From IMG/VR virus record IMGVR_UViG_2667527965_000001: DNA of 10,116 nt. One strand, 5' to 3'. The notes under the pieces were generated by a model, which made no database searches, had not been told where the DNA came from, and saw only the letters and a list, made by a program, of their open reading frames with translations. Position 1 is the first letter of the stretch. Every line of letters begins with the position of its first letter. Source of the stretch: a virus. Lineage: Duplodnaviria; Heunggongvirae; Uroviricota; Caudoviricetes. Made by a program: the position numbers and the translations under genes. Below are positions 5,961-10,116 of the stretch, piece after piece.

Positions 5961-6052
5961 AACAGTTCCGTAATAAATATCCGGTTTCATTCTTATATGC
6001 CAGCAATGGCAGGGATTTGTTCATCCTTAAATCTGTCATGAGGTTAAAACAA

Positions 6053-8524
6053 ATGAGTAAAGTCTTTATTTGCGCCGCTATTCCTGACGAACTGGCAACA
6101 AGGGAAGAAGGCGCTGTGGCTGTAGCCACAGCCATTGAAGCTGGCGACGAACGCCGTGCTCGAGCAAAATTTCACTGGCAATTCCTGGAACATTATCCGG
6201 CTGCTCAGGACTGCGCTTATAAATTTATTGTCTGCGAGGATAAACCTGGCATACCCCGCCCTGCCCTCGATTCATGGGATGCTGAATATATGCAGGAAAA
6301 CCGCTGGGATGAGGAGTCTGCTTCTTTTGTCCCGGTTGAGACTGAATCCGATCCGATGAACGTCACTTTTGACAAGCTGGCCCCTGAAGTACAGAACGCT
6401 GTCATGGTTAAGTTCGACACATGTGAAAACATCACCGTTGATATGGTTATTAGCGCACAGGAATTGTTGCAGGAAGACATGGCAACATTCGACGGACATA
6501 TCGTTGAAGCGTTGATGAAAATGCCAGAAGTTAACGCCATGTATCCGGAGCTTAAGTTGCACGCCATTGGGTGGGTTAAGCATAAATGTATTCCTGGTGC
6601 TAAATGGCCCGAAATTCAGGCAGAGATGCGCATCTGGAAAAAACGTCGCGAAGGTGAACGCAAGGAAACCGGAAAATACACGTCTGTTGTTGATCTCGCC
6701 CGCGCCAGAGCCAATCAACAGTACACTGAAAATTCAACAGGAAAAATCAGCCCGGTCATTGCTGCCATTCATCGCGAATACAAGCAGACATGGAAAACAC
6801 TGGATGACGAACTGGCCTACGCTCTCTGGCCTAGTGATGTGGATGCCGGAAACATTGACGGCAGCATCCATCGCTGGGCAAAAAAAGAAGTTATCGACAA
6901 CGACCGCGAAGACTGGAAGCGTATCTCGGCATCAATGCGCAAACAGCCTGATGCCCTTCGCTACGACCGCCAAACTATTTTTGGCCTTGTCCGTGAGCGT
7001 CCGATCGACATTCACAAAGATCCCGTAGCACTGAACAAATATATCTGCGAATACCTGACGACAAAGGGCGTGTTTGAGAATGAAGAAACAGACCTGGGCA
7101 CTGTTGATGTTCTCCAGTCATCAGAAACACAAACTGATGCAGTGGAAACTGAGGTATCTGATATCCCAAAAAATGAAACCGCGCCGGAAGCTGAACCATC
7201 TGTAGAGCGTGAGGGGCCGTTCTATTTCCTCTTCGCAGATAAGGACGGAGAAAAATACGGTCGCGCAAACAAACTCTCTGGTCTGGATAAGGCACTGGCT
7301 GCTGGCGCCACTGAAATCACAAAAGAAGAATATTTTGCCCGAAAAAATGGCACATACACGGGCTTACCGCAAAATGTAGATACCGCTGAAGATTCAGAAC
7401 AACCAGAGCCGATAAAAGTTACCGCTGACGAAGTAAACAAAATTATGCAGGCAGCCAATATCAGCCAGCCTGACGCCGATAAGTTGCTTGCTGCATCACG
7501 TGGTGAATTTGTTGAAGGGATTAGTGACCCGAATGATCCGAAATGGGTTAAGGGGCTCCAGACCCGCGATTCTGTGAACCAGAACCAGCATGAATCGGAA
7601 CGGAACTACCAAAAAGCGGAACAAAACAGTCCAAATGCGTTACAAAACGAGCCAGAAACGAAACAGCCTGAACCAGTAGCGCAACAGGAAGTGGAAAAAG
7701 TCTGCACCGCCTGCGGTCAGACCGGCGGCGGCAACTGCCCTGATTGTGGCGCGGTGATGGGCGACGCAACATACCAAGAAACATTCGATGAAGAGTATCA
7801 GGTTGAAGTTCAGGAAGATGATCCGGAGGAAATGGAAGGCGCTGAACATCCACACAAGGAGAACACTGGCGGCAATCAGCATCACAATAGCGATAATGAA
7901 ACTGGCGAGACGGCAGATCACCCAATTAAGGTGAACGGTCATCACGAAATCACATCCACCAGCAGGACGTGTGACCATCTAATGATCGACCTTGAAACCA
8001 TGGGAAAAAATCCTGATGCCCCGATCATCTCAATAGGTGCAATATTTTTCGATCCGCAAACCGGAGATATGGGACCGGAATTTAGTAAGACTATCGATCT
8101 GGAAACTGCTGGCGGAGTCATTGATCGGGACACCATTAAATGGTGGCTTAAGCAATCACGCGAAGCGCAATCTGCCATTATGACCGATGAAATCCCGTTA
8201 GATGATGCACTGTTACAATTGCGAGAATTTATCGACGAAAACTCCGGTGAATTTTTTGTTCAGGTTTGGGGAAATGGAGCCAACTTCGACAACACGATTT
8301 TGCGCCGTTCATACGAACGGCAGGGGATCCCCTGCCCGTGGCGTTACTACAACGATCGCGATGTACGCACAATCGTTGAGCTGGGGAAAGCCATAGACTT
8401 CGATGCCAGAACGGCTATTCCATTCGAAGGTGAGCGCCATAATGCACTTGATGACGCCCGTTACCAGGCAAAATACGTTTCAGTTATCTGGCAAAAACTG
8501 ATCCCGAGTCAGGCTGATTCTTAA
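6053..8524 (+). CDS. RecE-family (exodeoxyribonuclease VIII-annotated type) multidomain protein: RecE-like central region, acidic linker, CxxC-N8-CxxC zinc ribbon, His-rich segment, C-terminal DEDDh 3'-5' exonuclease domain
   Basis: The central segment DADKLLAASRGEFVEGISDPNDPKWVKGLQTRD matches a segment of Rac RecE as I recall it. The C-terminus carries DnaQ-like motifs MIDLETMG (Exo I), WGNGANFDNTIL (Exo II) and HNALDDARYQA (Exo III). GAGGT SD 8 nt upstream of the ATG at 6053; the ORF track starts at TTG 6017. Confidence 0.8.
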   Translation: MSKVFICAAIPDELATREEGAVAVATAIEAGDERRARAKFHWQFLEHYPAAQDCAYKFIVCEDKPGIPRPALDSWDAEYMQENRWDEESASFVPVETESDPMNVTFDKLAPEVQNAVMVKFDTCENITVDMVISAQELLQEDMATFDGHIVEALMKMPEVNAMYPELKLHAIGWVKHKCIPGAKWPEIQAEMRIWKKRREGERKETGKYTSVVDLARARANQQYTENSTGKISPVIAAIHREYKQTWKTLDDELAYALWPSDVDAGNIDGSIHRWAKKEVIDNDREDWKRISASMRKQPDALRYDRQTIFGLVRERPIDIHKDPVALNKYICEYLTTKGVFENEETDLGTVDVLQSSETQTDAVETEVSDIPKNETAPEAEPSVEREGPFYFLFADKDGEKYGRANKLSGLDKALAAGATEITKEEYFARKNGTYTGLPQNVDTAEDSEQPEPIKVTADEVNKIMQAANISQPDADKLLAASRGEFVEGISDPNDPKWVKGLQTRDSVNQNQHESERNYQKAEQNSPNALQNEPETKQPEPVAQQEVEKVCTACGQTGGGNCPDCGAVMGDATYQETFDEEYQVEVQEDDPEEMEGAEHPHKENTGGNQHHNSDNETGETADHPIKVNGHHEITSTSRTCDHLMIDLETMGKNPDAPIISIGAIFFDPQTGDMGPEFSKTIDLETAGGVIDRDTIKWWLKQSREAQSAIMTDEIPLDDALLQLREFIDENSGEFFVQVWGNGANFDNTILRRSYERQGIPCPWRYYNDRDVRTIVELGKAIDFDARTAIPFEGERHNALDDARYQAKYVSVIWQKLIPSQADS

Positions 8525-8535
8525 TGTTCAACTGT

Positions 8536-8567
8536 CGCCGGTTGTGACTGGTATTCTGCAACCGGCG
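8536..8567 (+). other. 9-bp GC-rich hairpin (CGCCGGTTG, 14-nt loop, CAACCGGCG) between the exonuclease gene and xis
   Basis: Direct reading. No U-tract follows, so it is not a canonical intrinsic terminator; it may be an attenuator or processing site. Confidence 0.3.
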
Positions 8568-8596
8568 CTCGTCTGATGTAAGAGATAAAGAAATCG

Positions 8597-8848
8597 ATGA
8601 GCGAAGTAATCATGATTGTCTCTCCCGGCAAATGGGTATCCGAAGAGCAGTTAATTGCGCTGAAAGGAATAAAAAAAGGTACGTTAAAAAAGGCCCGGGA
8701 AAAATCGTTTATGGAAGGAAGGGAATATAAGCATGTCGCTCATGACGGTATGCCATGGGATAACAGTCCATGCTTTTACAACCTGGAAGAAATTGATCGC
8801 TGGATTGAGCGCCAGGCATCAGCGAGACCAAGACGTCATCTTACTTGA
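8597..8848 (+). CDS. Excisionase (Xis-like)
   Basis: 83-aa ORF immediately upstream of the integrase. It contains a GREY motif reminiscent of lambda Xis (DGREYLF). Confidence 0.6.
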   Translation: MSEVIMIVSPGKWVSEEQLIALKGIKKGTLKKAREKSFMEGREYKHVAHDGMPWDNSPCFYNLEEIDRWIERQASARPRRHLT

Positions 8849-8882
8849 CTAAAAGCCACACTAACTAATGAGAGAAGTTGAA

Positions 8883-10061
8883 ATGAAATATCCGACAGGC
8901 GTGGAAAACCATGGAGGGAAATTACGTATCTGGTTTGTTTATAAAGACGTAAGAGTCAGGGAAAATCTGGGGGTTCCTGACACAGCAAAAAACAGGCGCG
9001 TTGCAGGTGAACTACGCTCCTCTGTTTGTTACGCAATAAAAACTGGTGTTTTCGACTATGCAAAACAGTTTCCCTCCTCACGCAATCTGGAAAAATTTGG
9101 TGAGGCCCGACAAGATTTAACCATAAAAGAACTGGCTGAAAAATTTCTGGCACTGAAAGAAACTGAAGTCGCCAAAACATCACTCAACACATACCGTGCC
9201 GTCATCAAAAATATCCTGAGCATAATCGGTGAAAAAAATCTTGCCTCATCGATTAATAAAGAAAAATTACTGGAGGTTCGTAAAGAGTTACTGACTGGAT
9301 ACCAGATCCCCAAAAGTAACTATATTGTTACACAACCAGGGAGATCGGCTGTAACTGTAAATAATTACATGACAAATCTTAACGCCGTGTTCCAGTTTGG
9401 TGTTGATAACGGTTACCTGGCAGATAATCCGTTTAAGGGGATCTCGCCATTAAAGGAATCAAGAACCATTCCGGATCCTCTTTCGCGGGAAGAATTTATC
9501 CGTCTTATCGATGCGTGCAGAAATCAGCAAGCAAAAAATTTATGGTGTGTTTCTGTTTATACTGGAGTTCGCCCTGGTGAGCTGTGTGCACTTGGATGGG
9601 AGGACATAGATCTGAAAAATGGAACAATGATGATCAGGAGAAATTTAGCAAAAGACCGTTTCACGGTACCAAAAACACAGGCGGGAACCAATCGGGTCAT
9701 TCATCTTATTAAGCCAGCAATCGACGCTCTCCGGAGTCAGATGACATTAACGAGACTGAGCAAAGAGCATATCATTGATGTTCACCTCAGAGAGTATGGC
9801 AGAACAGAAAAACAAAAATGCACCTTTGTTTTTCAACCTGAAGTGTCAGCGAGAGTAAAAAATTATGGTGACCATTTTACCGTTGACTCAATAAGGCAGA
9901 TGTGGGACGCAGCGATAAAACGTGCCGGACTCCGCCATCGAAAATCATATCAGTCGAGACATACTTATGCCTGCTGGTCGCTGACAGCTGGTGCTAACCC
10001 GGCATTTATAGCAAACCAGATGGGCCATGCAGATGCGCAGGTGATGCTGCCAACTTACTGA
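8883..10061 (+). CDS. Lambda-family tyrosine integrase, C-terminally disrupted by IS1 (the last 7 codons and the stop are IS1-derived); probably inactive
   Basis: Arm-binding-type N-terminus (KYPTGVENHGGKLRIWFVYKDVRV), then catalytic-core boxes (RPGELCALGWEDIDL ... RHTYACWSLTAGANPAFIANQMGHADAQ). The frame enters the IS1 inverted repeat at 10040 and ends VMLPTY-stop. ATG 8883 has the better SD; the ORF track starts at 8868. Confidence 0.8.
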   Translation: MKYPTGVENHGGKLRIWFVYKDVRVRENLGVPDTAKNRRVAGELRSSVCYAIKTGVFDYAKQFPSSRNLEKFGEARQDLTIKELAEKFLALKETEVAKTSLNTYRAVIKNILSIIGEKNLASSINKEKLLEVRKELLTGYQIPKSNYIVTQPGRSAVTVNNYMTNLNAVFQFGVDNGYLADNPFKGISPLKESRTIPDPLSREEFIRLIDACRNQQAKNLWCVSVYTGVRPGELCALGWEDIDLKNGTMMIRRNLAKDRFTVPKTQAGTNRVIHLIKPAIDALRSQMTLTRLSKEHIIDVHLREYGRTEKQKCTFVFQPEVSARVKNYGDHFTVDSIRQMWDAAIKRAGLRHRKSYQSRHTYACWSLTAGANPAFIANQMGHADAQVMLPTY

Positions 10062-10116
10062 TTTAGTGTATGATGGTGTTTTTGAGGTGCTCCAGTGGCT
10101 TCTGTTTCTATCAGCT

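Noticed and set aside
6135-8396. Nine overlapping ORFs inside the exonuclease gene (6135-6359, 6217-6567, 6272-6718, 6567-7028, 6975-7295, 7222-7458, 7548-7925, 7640-7978, 7942-8178, 8202-8396)
   Set aside because: They sit in alternate frames or antisense within a long ORF that has clear domain motifs; none has an independent SD.
8956-9313. Minus-strand ORFs inside the integrase gene
   Set aside because: They are antisense to a well-supported integrase ORF.
8597-10061. attP/attL core next to int
   Set aside because: I could not find any direct repeat or recognisable core-type site between xis/int and the window end. The int 3' end runs straight into IS1, so the att site is probably beyond the insertion or lost.
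1-10116. Terminal 77-bp inverted repeat as the ends of a single novel transposon or a giant hairpin
   Set aside because: Each block matches the interior-facing end of IS1, including the insA start, so they are the edges of two separate IS1 copies rather than the inverted repeats of one new element.

Overview
The window is a Qin/Kim-type lambdoid cryptic-prophage segment (immunity and early region) bracketed by two partial IS1 copies in inverted orientation (1-77 and 10040-10116), both with their insA-proximal ends facing inward. Plus strand, left to right: a DicA-like repressor, the dicB operon (ydfA, ydfB, ydfC, a long structured spacer, DicF sRNA, dicB, ydfD), a large RecE-family protein whose C-terminus is a DEDDh 3'-5' exonuclease domain, an excisionase, and a tyrosine integrase whose 3' end runs into IS1. 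Minus strand, transcribed leftward from the immunity region: a Cro-like DicC, a YdaT-like protein, a lambda-O-like replication initiator with iterons inside its coding sequence, a 140-aa hypothetical protein, and a short DNA-methyltransferase-like ORF. The leftmost ~1.25 kb (78-1330) has no long ORF; it holds only short or interrupted ORFs and several palindromes, and looks like decayed phage DNA. All gene identities rest on reading the translations and on recalled sequences of E. coli K-12 Qin and Rac proteins; no database search was run. I found no tRNA, rRNA, CRISPR array or att core inside the window, and no single compelling candidate for a new system; the most unusual items are the RecE-family/DEDDh exonuclease protein, the IS1 bracketing with truncated integrase, and a small acidic ORF with a hairpin-bridged ribosome-binding site.
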